Origin: Candidatus Hermodarchaeota archaeon
Lineage (GTDB): Archaea > Asgardarchaeota > Thorarchaeia > Thorarchaeales > Thorarchaeaceae
NCBI GenBank assembly: GCA_048885865.1
Contig: JBHLLF010000009.1
Location: 38,768 to 102,767, forward strand
Length of the DNA stretch: 64,000 bases
Direction: 5' to 3'
The notes beneath the pieces were generated by a model. The model did not search any database. It was not told the DNA's origin and saw only the letters and a program-made list of their open reading frames with translations. A program made the position numbers and the translations under genes. Every line of letters begins with the position of its first letter. Within the stretch, counting starts at the first letter, position 1. Of this stretch, positions 8,756 through 17,106 are shown piece by piece.

Positions 8756-9774
8756 TTGAAATGTCAGTTTACGAGAAGACTATTCCACAATGGAAACTTG
8801 ACAAAGTAGCTGAACTCGCCGCCAGAATTGACGAGAGCGAGATGATTGGTCTTGTGAACGTGGAAGGTGTTGGAGCAAAGCAACTCTCAGGAATCAGAGA
8901 GAGCCTGAGAGGCTCAGCAACAATGATGATGGCACGGAATACACTGATGATTAGGGCTCTTGAGGCAGCCAAGAAAAAGGGAATCAAGAATCTCATAGAA
9001 CATGTTTCAGGCCCTGTGGCCTTCATGTTCAGCAATCAGGACCCATTCGTTCTGACAAAGTTTCTTGGCGAAAACAGGGCAGCAGCCCCAGCCAAAGGCG
9101 GTCAGATTGCGCCAAAGGACATTGTTGTTCCAGCCATGAATACGGGTGTTGCTCCTGGTCCATTCATCAGCGAGCTGGCTGCATTAAGGATTCCAGCTCG
9201 TGTGAAAGGAGGAGTCATTCATGTCACTGATGACACCGTTGCTGTTAAGGCTGGAGATATAATCTCAAACGCGATGGCGCAGATGTTGACAAGACTGGGA
9301 ATCGAACCCATGGAACTCCAGCTGAAGCTCATAGCAGCCTATGCCGACGGATCGGTAATGACCGGTGACAGTCTGGAGATTGACCTGGGTGGTCTGTTGG
9401 CCCAGGTCGTGGCAGGCCATCAGTATGCAGTCAATCTGTCGATAAACACCGGATATCCCACAGTAGAAACTATTCCTATGCTGCTTGCTAAGGCTAGTTT
9501 TGAGGCCAAGCGTCTGACTATGGAGATAGGCTTTTTCGAACCAGATATGATTGGCGAGTTCTTAGCCAAGGCAAACTCAGAAGCATTTGCGCTTGCAGCA
9601 ATAATCTCTGAGAAAGACCCCGACGCAATATCCTCCGAAGCCCTTAGCCAGGTTCAGGCTGCTGCAGCATCAGCTACTGCGGCTCCAGCAGAGGAGCCAG
9701 AGCAACCTGAAGAGGTTGAGGAAGAGGAGGAGGAGGAAGAAGAAGTTGCAGGCCTCGGCGGCCTGTTTGGATAA
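8752..9774 (+). CDS. rpl10: 50S ribosomal protein L10/P0 (start may be ATG 8761)
   Basis: IPQWK, RNTL, TGVAPGP, acidic tail ending GLGGLFG. Confidence 0.96.
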   Translation: MIEMSVYEKTIPQWKLDKVAELAARIDESEMIGLVNVEGVGAKQLSGIRESLRGSATMMMARNTLMIRALEAAKKKGIKNLIEHVSGPVAFMFSNQDPFVLTKFLGENRAAAPAKGGQIAPKDIVVPAMNTGVAPGPFISELAALRIPARVKGGVIHVTDDTVAVKAGDIISNAMAQMLTRLGIEPMELQLKLIAAYADGSVMTGDSLEIDLGGLLAQVVAGHQYAVNLSINTGYPTVETIPMLLAKASFEAKRLTMEIGFFEPDMIGEFLAKANSEAFALAAIISEKDPDAISSEALSQVQAAAASATAAPAEEPEQPEEVEEEEEEEEEVAGLGGLFG

Positions 9775-9794
9775 TAGTAACGAGGTAGATAGAA

Positions 9795-10100
9795 ATGGAG
9801 TACGTATATACAGCACTTCTGCTCCACAAAGCAGGCCAGAAGGTCAATGCCAAGAACATGGAAGCTGTACTCACCGCTGCAGGTGTTGAAGCTGACAAGG
9901 GCAGAATCAAGGCACTTCTTGCAGCCTTGAAGGATGTTGACATTGATGAGGCTTTGAAGGGTGCAGCTATGCCAATGGCTGTCGCTGCAGCTCCTGCAGC
10001 TGGTGGCGCCACTGAGGCAGCCCCAGCTAAAGAGGAGAAGAAGGAAGAAGAGGAAGAGGAAGAAGAGGTCACTGCTGGTCTCGGTAGCCTCTTTGGTTAG
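9795..10100 (+). CDS. rpl12: 50S ribosomal stalk protein L12/P1
   Basis: [11 protein letters not shown]...EEEE...GLGSLFG. Confidence 0.97.
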   Translation: MEYVYTALLLHKAGQKVNAKNMEAVLTAAGVEADKGRIKALLAALKDVDIDEALKGAAMPMAVAAAPAAGGATEAAPAKEEKKEEEEEEEEVTAGLGSLFG

Positions 10101-10138
10101 AGTGGAACCCGATCATAAGATCAGTCCCTCTAGTGAGA

Positions 10139-10180
10139 GGGCGGGCAGGTTGCGAGCCTGTCCGCTCACCAGCGTTTTTT
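10139..10180 (+). terminator. GC-rich hairpin plus T-tract after rpl12
   Basis: GGGCGGGCAGG/CCTGTCCGCTC stem, then TTTTTT at 10175-10180. Confidence 0.65.
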
Positions 10181-10230
10181 GTCTGATTTGACCCACAGAA
10201 ACATATGCCGCCGAATCAAGACTAGATGGC

Positions 10231-11019
10231 GTGAAGATTGTATATCATCCCCTAATGCGCAATTCCTATGATGGGACTCCTGCAGGTGCATCAGGCCGAC
10301 TTGACACTGCCATTGAGATTCTAAGTGGGCATCCGGAATACGAGTTCGTTGAGCCAAGTCCTGCTACAGATGAGCAGATTCTACGAGCTCATGGTCCAGG
10401 GCATCTGGATGAGGTAAGGCGGGATACTGACTACACACGCCAAGGACTCCTTTATGAGATGGCGGCGCTCGCAGCTGGTGGAGCCATTATGACTGCCGAG
10501 ATAGCAGTGGAAGGGGAGCCTGCCTTCGGACTGATACGGCCTCCAGGTCACCATGCATCGTGGGACAGCTATTGGGGATACTGCTATCACAACAATATTG
10601 CAGTTTCACTCCTGCATCTCAAGGCACTGGCGAAGATTGAAACTGCATTTATTCTGGACTTTGACCTTCACACTGGAGATGGCAATATCAATATCTTGGG
10701 AGATAGCGAGGATTATGTCATCTATAATCCTCGAGGGCATGGAGATGATGCCTATCTGGCAGATACGAAGAGGGCTCTGGATTCCAGTCCAGATGTGGAT
10801 ATTATAGTCGCATCTGCTGGATTTGATCAGTATATTGACGACTGGGGAAGCAACCTCTCAATGGAGGCCTTTAGGAAAATTGGCAAGATGATGCATGACT
10901 TTGCCATGGAGAGATGTGAGGGCAGGAGATATGGCCTCCTAGAGGGGGGTTATAACTTTGAGGACCTTGGAAAGAACATTCTTGCCTTTTGCGAGGGTCT
11001 AAGATTAGGGACGGATTAG
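10231..11019 (+). CDS. Histone deacetylase-family (AcuC/HDAC-like) protein
   Basis: RPPGHHA, DFDLHTGDG, SAGFD, LEGGY. Confidence 0.92.
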   Translation: MKIVYHPLMRNSYDGTPAGASGRLDTAIEILSGHPEYEFVEPSPATDEQILRAHGPGHLDEVRRDTDYTRQGLLYEMAALAAGGAIMTAEIAVEGEPAFGLIRPPGHHASWDSYWGYCYHNNIAVSLLHLKALAKIETAFILDFDLHTGDGNINILGDSEDYVIYNPRGHGDDAYLADTKRALDSSPDVDIIVASAGFDQYIDDWGSNLSMEAFRKIGKMMHDFAMERCEGRRYGLLEGGYNFEDLGKNILAFCEGLRLGTD

Positions 11020-11084
11020 ATTGTGTCCCTGATATTCATGGTGACCTTAAATTACGAAGCCATGACTCACTGCTGGTGAGAGGC

Positions 11085-11333
11085 TTGCGACTATTCAATC
11101 TCCTTAGTCCATTATCAGACTTTGTAAGCATGATAGCAATTTACTTAGCTGAGATCTGGGACTTTCTAATCTTCCTTGGGAGGGTTTCAGGAGTAATTGT
11201 CATCCTTGTTGGGGCAATCCTCTGGTTTACTGAGGTCAATCCCGGTCGGGGAAAGGGATTGGTCGCCAGTGGGATACTCCTGTCAATTGTAGTGCAATAC
11301 TTCGTGATGTATCCACCATCATTCGTACTCTGA
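11085..11333 (+). CDS. Small two-TM membrane protein, TrbC/VirB2-pilin-like pattern (start uncertain: TTG 11085 or ATG 11130)
   Basis: Two hydrophobic helices joined by a short basic loop (NPGRGKG); GGTGA before TTG. Confidence 0.6.
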   Translation: MRLFNLLSPLSDFVSMIAIYLAEIWDFLIFLGRVSGVIVILVGAILWFTEVNPGRGKGLVASGILLSIVVQYFVMYPPSFVL

Positions 11334-11368
11334 CCTCATAACATCCCCGGTTTCACACACACCCGCTA

Positions 11369-11400
11369 GGCTCGGGGGCGATCTGCTCTCGAGCCACCTT
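11369..11400 (+). terminator. 3' hairpin
   Basis: 11-bp stem GGCTCGGGGGC/GCTCTCGAGCC with G-U pairs on the + strand. Confidence 0.45.
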
Positions 11401-11436
11401 CTATATAGATTACATGTTGCTCTTACCGAATTTTCC

Positions 11437-11476
11437 ATTTCCAACAAATTTATTAATTATAGTTAATATTGGAAAT
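11437..11476. promoter_or_regulatory. Palindromic operator-like site upstream of TspO-like gene
   Basis: Near-perfect palindrome TATTAATTATAGTTAATA (11451-11468), flanked by ATTTCCAA/TTGGAAAT. Confidence 0.5.
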
Positions 11477-11478
11477 TT

Positions 11479-12288
11479 ATGTCGAAGATAAATCCAATCT
11501 ACCTACAGATTGCCAATGTGGTGGCGGTTGTAGGGAGCACAGTGTTCAATGCACTAGTGAACATTCTACCTCTCAACGGGATAACTACTGGTGAGGTTTC
11601 AAATGCGTATCCTAACCTCTTCACGCCTGCAAACTACGTGTTCTCAATTTGGGGTGTAATCTACACATTACTATTCGTATTCATGTTCTATCAGATTAGA
11701 ACGAGTCAACGTGACTCACAATACCTTCAGGACATTGGATACCTATACCTACTTAGTGCTGTGATAAACATCGCTTGGCTCACGGTATTCCATTATTCAT
11801 ATCCAGCCCCCAATGATCTAATCATTCTTACAACAGTTCCCATTTTTGGACTGTTTCTGACCCTTCTCTACATCTACCTGCGATTAGGTGTTGGTGTGAA
11901 AGAGGCATCAAGGGGAGTGAAACTTGCAGTTCATTTGCCCCTGAGCGTCTATCTCGGTTGGCTATCAGTCGCAACAATTGCAAATACAGCCTCTGTCCTC
12001 AATCATCTTGGGAGGAGTCCAGAGATTCCTATCCCGATTCAGGAGACTTGGACTGCGCTAGTGATAGTGGTTGCGTTCCTCATCACGGTTCTGATGTTGA
12101 TCAGAAGAAGAGACTTTGCTTTCAGTTTCGTCGTCATTTGGGCCACAATAGGGATTGCAGCAAAACAAGCCGCTGTGCCTCTGATCTACTTCACTGCGTT
12201 GGGAGTTGCAGTCGCCATTCTTATACTCATTCTTCTACTTCCATTGTTGAAGAAAGAGGGTTTCTCAAAGTACTACATGATGGGCTGA
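11479..12288 (+). CDS. TspO/MBR-related tryptophan-rich membrane protein
   Basis: LNGITTGEVSNAYPNLFTPANYVFSIWGVIY, SVYLGWLSVATIAN; multi-TM. Confidence 0.85.
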   Translation: MSKINPIYLQIANVVAVVGSTVFNALVNILPLNGITTGEVSNAYPNLFTPANYVFSIWGVIYTLLFVFMFYQIRTSQRDSQYLQDIGYLYLLSAVINIAWLTVFHYSYPAPNDLIILTTVPIFGLFLTLLYIYLRLGVGVKEASRGVKLAVHLPLSVYLGWLSVATIANTASVLNHLGRSPEIPIPIQETWTALVIVVAFLITVLMLIRRRDFAFSFVVIWATIGIAAKQAAVPLIYFTALGVAVAILILILLLPLLKKEGFSKYYMMG

Positions 12289-12336
12289 GAGGGCGCGCGT
12301 TGGGCAAGTCTTTGCTCAGCGCACCTCTTTTATTTT
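12288..12336 (+). terminator. Hairpin plus T-tract
   Basis: Stem GCGTTGGGCAA/TTGCTCAGCGC, outer AGAGG/CCTCT, then TTTTATTTT. Confidence 0.6.
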
Positions 12337-12414
12337 CCACATGAGGTAGAAAGGTACCAGTGAGTATATCACGGACCATGACCTAAGACTCCGAAAACAG
12401 ATGATATCAGCGGG

Positions 12415-12879
12415 ATGAAAATGACTGGAAGACAAATGGATTCAAAAACTCAGGAGAAACTAGCGCAACTGTTCGATTCTCAACTGATAGCTGTATTAGG
12501 AACTTCAAGTGATGACGATCCTTACACCTGTCTTGTGGGATTCAAGTTCACATCGGACCTCAAGAATGTCATTTTTGCTACCATGAGGAATCGCTTGAAG
12601 TATCGCCAAATCAGTTCAAATCCCAGAGTTTCATTAATCATTGATGATCGGAAGAATTCTCCTTCGGACTTCAATCATGCCACATCGGTAACAATAGTAG
12701 GTACTGCAATAGACACTGAAGAACCAGAGCGTGAAAGGCTTGCAGACATGTTGGTTGAGAAACACCCGTTCCTGAAGGACTTCGTGAAAGATCCCAGCTG
12801 TGCAATCATGAAAGTCATGGTTGAGAGGATGTATATTGTTGGTGATTTTGAGAAAGTGCAGAAAATCAATATGGCATAG
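12415..12879 (+). CDS. Pyridoxamine 5'-phosphate oxidase-like (FMN split-barrel) protein
   Basis: AVLGT...PY...FAT...KYRQISSNPRVSLIID. Confidence 0.85.
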   Translation: MKMTGRQMDSKTQEKLAQLFDSQLIAVLGTSSDDDPYTCLVGFKFTSDLKNVIFATMRNRLKYRQISSNPRVSLIIDDRKNSPSDFNHATSVTIVGTAIDTEEPERERLADMLVEKHPFLKDFVKDPSCAIMKVMVERMYIVGDFEKVQKINMA

Positions 12880-12928
12880 TCTCGCCCAACCAATTCTCTT
12901 TTAAGAATATGAAAATGTGAAACAGTTA

Positions 12929-13037
12929 GGGCCCGTTGCCTAGTCTGGTTTCAGTGAGCTTTTCGCCTCTGAAAGGCACATAGGGCGCTAGCCTTCTAAG
13001 TTAGAGGTCGACGGTTCAAATCCGTCCGGGCCCGCCA
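12929..13037 (+). tRNA. tRNA-Arg(UCU) with 31-nt D-loop intron (12949-12979, position 19/20)
   Basis: Acceptor GGGCCCG/CGGGCCC; anticodon arm CTAGC-CTTCTAA-GTTAG; T arm GACGG-TTCAAAT-CCGTC; encoded CCA; strict BHB motif at the intron. Confidence 0.93.
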
Positions 13038-13047
13038 TCTGCTTCTT

Positions 13048-14790
13048 CTAATCAAACTTGAGAGCTCGTGCCAACCATGGTGAGATCTCGGTCCCTACGA
13101 TTGATTCCAAGTGGAAAAGTCCCTCCAAGGATTCTTCAGTTCTTATTCTGGCTGCTCTTTTCGACCCAATTCCTGGGATAGCCTTCCACTGCGCAAGGGA
13201 AACAGTGTGTGCTTTGAGCGGGTAGGGAAGGACTGTGACTGATCGAGGGCCATGATCAACAACAAATACGTCGGCATATACCCCCGGATCCGGTCCGCTC
13301 GGCATGAAGCAGAGCAATGGGTATGTACCAAGAGGCCGCAGAAGGTAGTTGTTGCCTTCCATCTGTTCCATGAAGACTGACTGAATCACAGTTCCAGAAG
13401 GTGCAACTTTCTTAATCATTTCCACATCGATTTCTTCACGAACCTGCTTCTTGTGTTGAAAGAAATCGTGCTTCTTGACCTTACTTTTCCTCGTATCTCC
13501 TACTCTCGTACCAGAAAATCCAATGACCTGGCGAATATTGATTCGACGTACGATGAGGTTCTCTTCCACTAAGTTCTGGAGAAACGCATAGTTGTACTCC
13601 AGAGTCTTTTTGCTCTCTCCCGGAAGACCGTATAGGAGATTGATTCCAGGCAGTAGATGTGGAAGACCCCACTCTGGTCTATGGCCTCCGACCTCATTTA
13701 GCAGTCTTACCGCTTCAAGCACTTGGTCCTCGTCAGCCTTCAAATTGTTACGACGAATCACCTCTGGATCTACTGATTCCACCCCAAATGCGGCAACATC
13801 ACCGGAAGTATGATGTTTAATGATAGACTTGGCCACCTCTGTGCTCTCATGTGGATGTCGCGCAATGGTGCCAGGATTCACGTTGTCGATATGAAGGACG
13901 TGTAATCCAGGGGCAGCTCTACGAACCTTAGAGAAGAGCTCCTCGATTACATCAGGATTCGGTTTCGGAAACTCTTCTTCACCAATTTCTTTGGACCCAA
14001 ATGTAAACAGGTCTGCCTGATTGCCAATCCTGAACGCTCTTGCACCCTGCTCATAGAGAGATTCGATCTCCTTTGCCACATCAGACGCAGTCCTTTGCAT
14101 CGGTTTCCCATAGAGAGGCTCAGTGCAGAAGGAGCAACCACCGGAGATATAGCGAGGGCAGCCGCGGTATGTTTCAACCTCACAAATCATGTACCCTGCT
14201 GAATATCCAGGGTGTTGTGGTAGTACGCATGCGCCCCGTTTCGCAAACTCTTCTACTTCATCCAATGCGTTTCTGGTGCTAGAGAAATCGACTGAGGATA
14301 AATCTCCGTGCGCATCCATTATTCTAGCTGATACTATCTCGGGGTCTCCCGTGGCAATGTAGTCGAATGGAGGGCTGAGGACATCCGAGCTCAGAGCTAG
14401 TCGTCCACCCTCAACTCCACAGCCAAATCGCGCCCATGGACCGACTAATACCTTTGGAATATCCTCTAGCCTAGCATCAGAAAAGAATCGTTTCGCTTCC
14501 TTCACAGAAATTGGCGTACCACCAAGATACTTGCCAGGGACGATCATCCCAGCAATGAGAAGGATAAGATCCGTGGTCGACCAAAGGTCTTGTGGGTCAG
14601 TATGCCTGCGAACAGTATCAATAGTCTGATAGAGGACCTCGGTCTTCGCAGACCTGCTCCAGATGGCTCCTGCGATATATCTGGGGTAAGGACTAACGTA
14701 AGGAGGCACTCCCAGATTCGTGGGTTCATCAACATAGCCATCAACGATGACAATTCTGTCCAGCTCATTCCCACTCCCTGAAGTTATCAT
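13048..14790 (-). CDS. Radical SAM protein with C-terminal helix-hairpin-helix (COG1031-like); start ATG 14790 or CTG 14763
   Basis: DGYVDEP..LGVPPY, ETYRGCPRYISGGCSFC (Cx7Cx2C), IPGIGSKRA HhH. Confidence 0.85.
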   Translation of the reverse strand: MITSGSGNELDRIVIVDGYVDEPTNLGVPPYVSPYPRYIAGAIWSRSAKTEVLYQTIDTVRRHTDPQDLWSTTDLILLIAGMIVPGKYLGGTPISVKEAKRFFSDARLEDIPKVLVGPWARFGCGVEGGRLALSSDVLSPPFDYIATGDPEIVSARIMDAHGDLSSVDFSSTRNALDEVEEFAKRGACVLPQHPGYSAGYMICEVETYRGCPRYISGGCSFCTEPLYGKPMQRTASDVAKEIESLYEQGARAFRIGNQADLFTFGSKEIGEEEFPKPNPDVIEELFSKVRRAAPGLHVLHIDNVNPGTIARHPHESTEVAKSIIKHHTSGDVAAFGVESVDPEVIRRNNLKADEDQVLEAVRLLNEVGGHRPEWGLPHLLPGINLLYGLPGESKKTLEYNYAFLQNLVEENLIVRRINIRQVIGFSGTRVGDTRKSKVKKHDFFQHKKQVREEIDVEMIKKVAPSGTVIQSVFMEQMEGNNYLLRPLGTYPLLCFMPSGPDPGVYADVFVVDHGPRSVTVLPYPLKAHTVSLAQWKAIPGIGSKRAARIRTEESLEGLFHLESIVGTEISPWLARALKFD

Positions 14791-15757
14791 ATCCCGCTGT
14801 AGAGATTTCGAGTGGCCCTTCCGAGGTTTCGTAGTAGACTCCTTTGCCTTCCAAGGCATATCCTATCTGTTTCAGTGGAACATGCATTCTGGTGGCAATC
14901 GTGTATGCTTCATCCCAATGAGCCTCAGGTATAGCAAGTACTAGTATGAATTCCTCTCCACCCTCCATTACCATTTTCCATTCAGGAATGTAAAGGTCTC
15001 TTGAGAAATAGGTCACACCTTCTGCTATGGGCAAGTCTTCAATCATAAAGGACACATTGCTCTGGGCAGCCATTGTGTTCAGTGTGATGCCGAGACCATC
15101 ACTGCTGTCCATCGAAGCTGATACAAGGCCTCTCTCAGCCAGTGCAGAAACAATTCCAAAATGAATATCTGGCCTATAAGCAGCGCCGATTGCTCGACTC
15201 CTAAGGTCATCATCAGCCTGTTTTCCCTTCAAAAGCACTTCAAATGCAACAGATGTAAGGCCAAAATCACCAGTGACGGCAATTACATCACCTTCTTTTG
15301 CGCCTCCGCGAGACACAATGCTGTCAGGTGATGCAATTCCTATTGCTACTCCTGTAAGCACCACGTCTCTCGAAGATCCGACATCTCCCCCAATGAATGG
15401 AACACCGGACTTCACGCAATATTGAGAGAATCCTCGAATCAGTTCTTTAGCTGCAAGGACATCAAACTCCTTTGGAACGCATAATGATAGCATCGTCGCG
15501 AGAGGCTTGGCACCCTTTGCAACGATATCGCTCAAGGCCATGACAGCGGTCTTTCTGCCAGCCTGGGCTTCAGTCATACCTGGTAGCCAGTCCGTTTCAC
15601 GGACAAAAGTATCTACGTTGACAACGATACTCGTTCGGTCGGAGATTGGAATGTCAGAAGCGTCTTCATCAAATCCGAGTCGGGCATCAGCAATCTCATC
15701 AACGAGCTCTCTGATTCTCTTGAGAAACTCACGCTCTCCAATCTCTTTGGTGCTCAT
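14765..15757 (-). CDS. thiL: Thiamine-monophosphate kinase
   Basis: IGEREF, LSDIVAKGAKP, IGGD, MDSSDGL, GGEEF. Confidence 0.93.
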   Translation of the reverse strand: MSTKEIGEREFLKRIRELVDEIADARLGFDEDASDIPISDRTSIVVNVDTFVRETDWLPGMTEAQAGRKTAVMALSDIVAKGAKPLATMLSLCVPKEFDVLAAKELIRGFSQYCVKSGVPFIGGDVGSSRDVVLTGVAIGIASPDSIVSRGGAKEGDVIAVTGDFGLTSVAFEVLLKGKQADDDLRSRAIGAAYRPDIHFGIVSALAERGLVSASMDSSDGLGITLNTMAAQSNVSFMIEDLPIAEGVTYFSRDLYIPEWKMVMEGGEEFILVLAIPEAHWDEAYTIATRMHVPLKQIGYALEGKGVYYETSEGPLEISTAGYDNFREWE

Positions 15758-15834
15758 CTGCTAGCCTCCTACCTGAATCCTTTGTGTTCATGATAAACTT
15801 TTATAACAAATACATTAGGTTGCGCCGCAGACGG

Positions 15835-15911
15835 GCCTCGGTGGCCAAGCGGTTTAAGGCGACTGCTTCGTAAGCAGTAGATCGGGGGTTCAAATCCCCC
15901 CCGGGGCTCCA
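15835..15911 (+). tRNA. tRNA-Thr(CGU)
   Basis: Acceptor GCCTCGG/CCGGGGC; ACTGC-TTCGTAA-GCAGT; GGGGG-TTCAAAT-CCCCC; CCA. Confidence 0.96.
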
Positions 15912-15926
15912 CTTATTCTTCTCATG

Positions 15927-15977
15927 ATATCATTTGATTTTAGGAAAGCGGTCTTTCAGACCGCTCCAAAATGATAT
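15927..15977. repeat. Imperfect inverted repeat downstream of tRNA-Thr
   Basis: Core AGCGGTCT-TTC-AGACCGCT; outer arms ATATCATTT/AAATGATAT. Confidence 0.6.
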
Positions 15978-16003
15978 ATCCTTCTTACGCAGCCAAGTAA
16001 TGC

Positions 16004-16279
16004 ATGACAACGAAGAAGTCATTCACCAGTAGAGAGGCAAAAGAGATTGGAGATAGGCTTGGCATCAAGTGGGATGAATTTGATGTAGAGCAATTTCGAA
16101 TGGGAATGGACGTGGAGTTAGAACACGGGAAACGAGACGAAGCCACAAATGTGACTAACGATGATGCATTGATGACAGGCAAGATTGCGTTAGCCCACCT
16201 CAAGGAGTTCCCAGACTACTATGATAGGCTGGACAAGCTTGAGGAAGAAGCAAAAGCCTTCTGGAAGGAACGGGAATAG
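16004..16279 (+). CDS. DUF5661-like protein
   Basis: GMDVELEHG...TNVTNDD...KIALAHLKEFPDYYDRL. Confidence 0.8.
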   Translation: MTTKKSFTSREAKEIGDRLGIKWDEFDVEQFRMGMDVELEHGKRDEATNVTNDDALMTGKIALAHLKEFPDYYDRLDKLEEEAKAFWKERE

Positions 16280-16321
16280 AGTCGGATTGAAAGTCCTTGC
16301 TTTTGACCGAAATCATTCATC

Positions 16322-16936
16322 TCAAACAACTACGCCGCTTTTGACGACAATTCGCAGAGTGTCCTTAATTTTACCCCAATCAAATGGTTTGCCTGTGACT
16401 AGTGAATAGAGTGACAGGCCGTTTGATGATCCTATCAGTATTCCAGCCAGGCTCTCAGCATCGATGTCTTTTCTGAACTCACCGTTCGCTTGACCCTCTT
16501 CAATTATATCAGCGAGAAAGCGAAGTGTCTTGAAGTACTGTTTCTGGAACTTCGACCTCCAAGACTTCTGTCTTGAGGCCTGTATTTGGAGCTCAAATGT
16601 AAGCCGACATTGCTCATCGGATTCATCGAACATAGAGTCTGGTAGGAGAGACAATGTCTTCTCCAACTTGGTCCAAGCTGAGTCTTCTGGGGAGAACAAC
16701 GTCTTTACTCCCTCAAGACTGGTATCACTTGCCTTTTCCATTACGGATAGGAAAAGCTGCTCCTTACTGTCGAAATGTCCATATATGGCGCCTTTGCTAT
16801 AGCCGCTTTCCTTGACGATGTCATCCATCGATGTTCCGTGATATCCCTTTTCTGAGAAAAGAGATTCTGCGGCTTCCAATATTGTGTTGAGAATCTGCTG
16901 CTTCTTTTCTGCGGTGACCTTTGGCATGTTAATCAA
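16322..16936 (-). CDS. TetR/AcrR-family transcriptional regulator (start possibly ATG 16927)
   Basis: ILEAAESLFSEKGYHGTSMDDIVKESGYSKGAIYGHFDSKEQLF. Confidence 0.95.
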   Translation of the reverse strand: MINMPKVTAEKKQQILNTILEAAESLFSEKGYHGTSMDDIVKESGYSKGAIYGHFDSKEQLFLSVMEKASDTSLEGVKTLFSPEDSAWTKLEKTLSLLPDSMFDESDEQCRLTFELQIQASRQKSWRSKFQKQYFKTLRFLADIIEEGQANGEFRKDIDAESLAGILIGSSNGLSLYSLVTGKPFDWGKIKDTLRIVVKSGVVV

Positions 16937-16957
16937 TCATCTCATTCAATTCTAATG

Positions 16958-16975
16958 AAACCGACTGGTTAGTTT
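16958..16975. promoter_or_regulatory. TetR-type operator 1
   Basis: AAACCGACTGGTTAGTTT. Confidence 0.8.
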
Positions 16976-17032
16976 CGAATAAATGTATCGATTAGGGACT
17001 GAATTCTTGCGCCTGGCGGAAGATTTATATTA

Positions 17033-17050
17033 AAACCGACCGGTTAGTTT
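17033..17050. promoter_or_regulatory. TetR-type operator 2
   Basis: AAACCGACCGGTTAGTTT, just after a TTTATA TATA-like box. Confidence 0.8.
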
Positions 17051-17062
17051 TAATAATAATAG

Positions 17063-17080
17063 AAACCGACTGGTCGGTTT
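17063..17080. promoter_or_regulatory. TetR-type operator 3
   Basis: AAACCGACTGGTCGGTTT, a near-perfect palindrome. Confidence 0.85.
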
Positions 17081-17106
17081 ATATCAAGATAATAGAGGTA
17101 AAACAG

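Noticed and set aside
9715-10070. GAG/GAA-rich repeats
   Set aside because: These encode the normal poly-Glu tails of the stalk proteins P0 and L12.
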